Assembly (NCBI GenBank): GCA_963782055.1
Contig: CAWAIF010000003.1
Span: forward strand, 2,592,001-2,656,000
DNA: 64,000 nt
Direction of reading: 5' to 3'
Source: an uncultured delta proteobacterium
GTDB taxonomy: Bacteria; Myxococcota_A; Polyangia; Polyangiales; Polyangiaceae
How positions within the stretch are numbered: position 1 is the stretch's first letter; each line of letters opens with the position of its first letter. The notes beneath the pieces were generated by a model. The model saw only the letters and a list, made by a program, of their open reading frames with translations. It searched no databases and was not told the origin of the DNA. Below, in pieces: positions 63,614-64,000 of the stretch. Both the position numbers and the translations under genes were made by a program.

Positions 63614-64000
63614 TCATCGACCGCCGCCGTCGGCGCCCGCGTCCCGGCTGCGCTGCAGCGCCGCGCAGGCCTTCTCGGCCCGGGCGGAGGTGGCGTCATC
63701 CGGACGGAGCTCGCGCGCGCGCAGGTACAGGAGCGCGGTCGCGGCGGGCAGGTCGACCACCGCGTCGCGCTCATCGACCAGGTTCGAACCCTGCACCGAG
63801 ACCTCGAGCACCAGCGCCAGCCCGTTCCTCGACCAGTCCGCGTCGGCCGGGTAGAGGTACCGGTCCTTCGAGGTGAACCGGCCGATGGGGAGGATGGCGG
63901 GCGTCGTGCGATCGCGCAGGTAGTACGTGATCGCCGAGCCCGTGGGGGCGAGCGACCAGTCGACGAAGGCGCCAGGTACCGGCCACGGCGAGCTCTTGTT
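63614..64000 (-). CDS. Hypothetical protein, C-terminal part (starts beyond the window)
   Basis: Frame open from the window end: NKSSPWPVPGAFVDWSLAP..RDAGADGGGR*. Confidence 0.55.
   Translation of the reverse strand, partial: NKSSPWPVPGAFVDWSLAPTGSAITYYLRDRTTPAILPIGRFTSKDRYLYPADADWSRNGLALVLEVSVQGSNLVDERDAVVDLPAATALLYLRARELRPDDATSARAEKACAALQRSRDAGADGGGR

Noticed and set aside
1..64000. tRNA, rRNA, prophage, integrase or IS elements
   Set aside because: None recognised by eye and intergenic gaps are short; tRNAscan/Rfam/ISEScan would be needed to exclude them formally

Overview
Very GC-rich, gene-dense chromosomal window whose gene content points to Myxococcota, probably Polyangiaceae. This is an inference from the Hanks kinases, STAND kinase, ECF/anti-sigma module and many lipoproteins with D/A/G linkers. 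About 65 CDS are supported. Housekeeping genes include udg, apt, surE, prolyl oligopeptidase, rhlE and pcm. Larger loci are a cbb3 oxidase cluster (ccoI-S-NO-Q-P-G plus a DsbD_2 gene) behind a sigma54-type promoter, and Moco/molybdate genes (moaB-moaD, moeA-moaC, moaE-modABC) interrupted by a MarR-like gene, a 5x32-bp G-rich repeat and a BagAB-like ArsA ATPase pair. The window also holds a P450/TetR divergon with twin operators, a HAS/NodC-like GT2 and a desaturase. Best candidates for undescribed biology: (1) a VKOR-DsbA / Cys-rich non-canonical OmpA-like / TlpA / secreted-protein operon; (2) an ECF sigma promoter readable from two equally spaced copies; (3) the ArsA pair directly ahead of moaE-modABC; (4) a window-wide leaderless-transcription signature; (5) tandem lipoprotein paralogs ahead of a kinase-TPR-Cys-rich lipoprotein operon. 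No tRNA, rRNA, CRISPR array or transposase was seen. All calls come from reading motifs by eye; start codons are best estimates.
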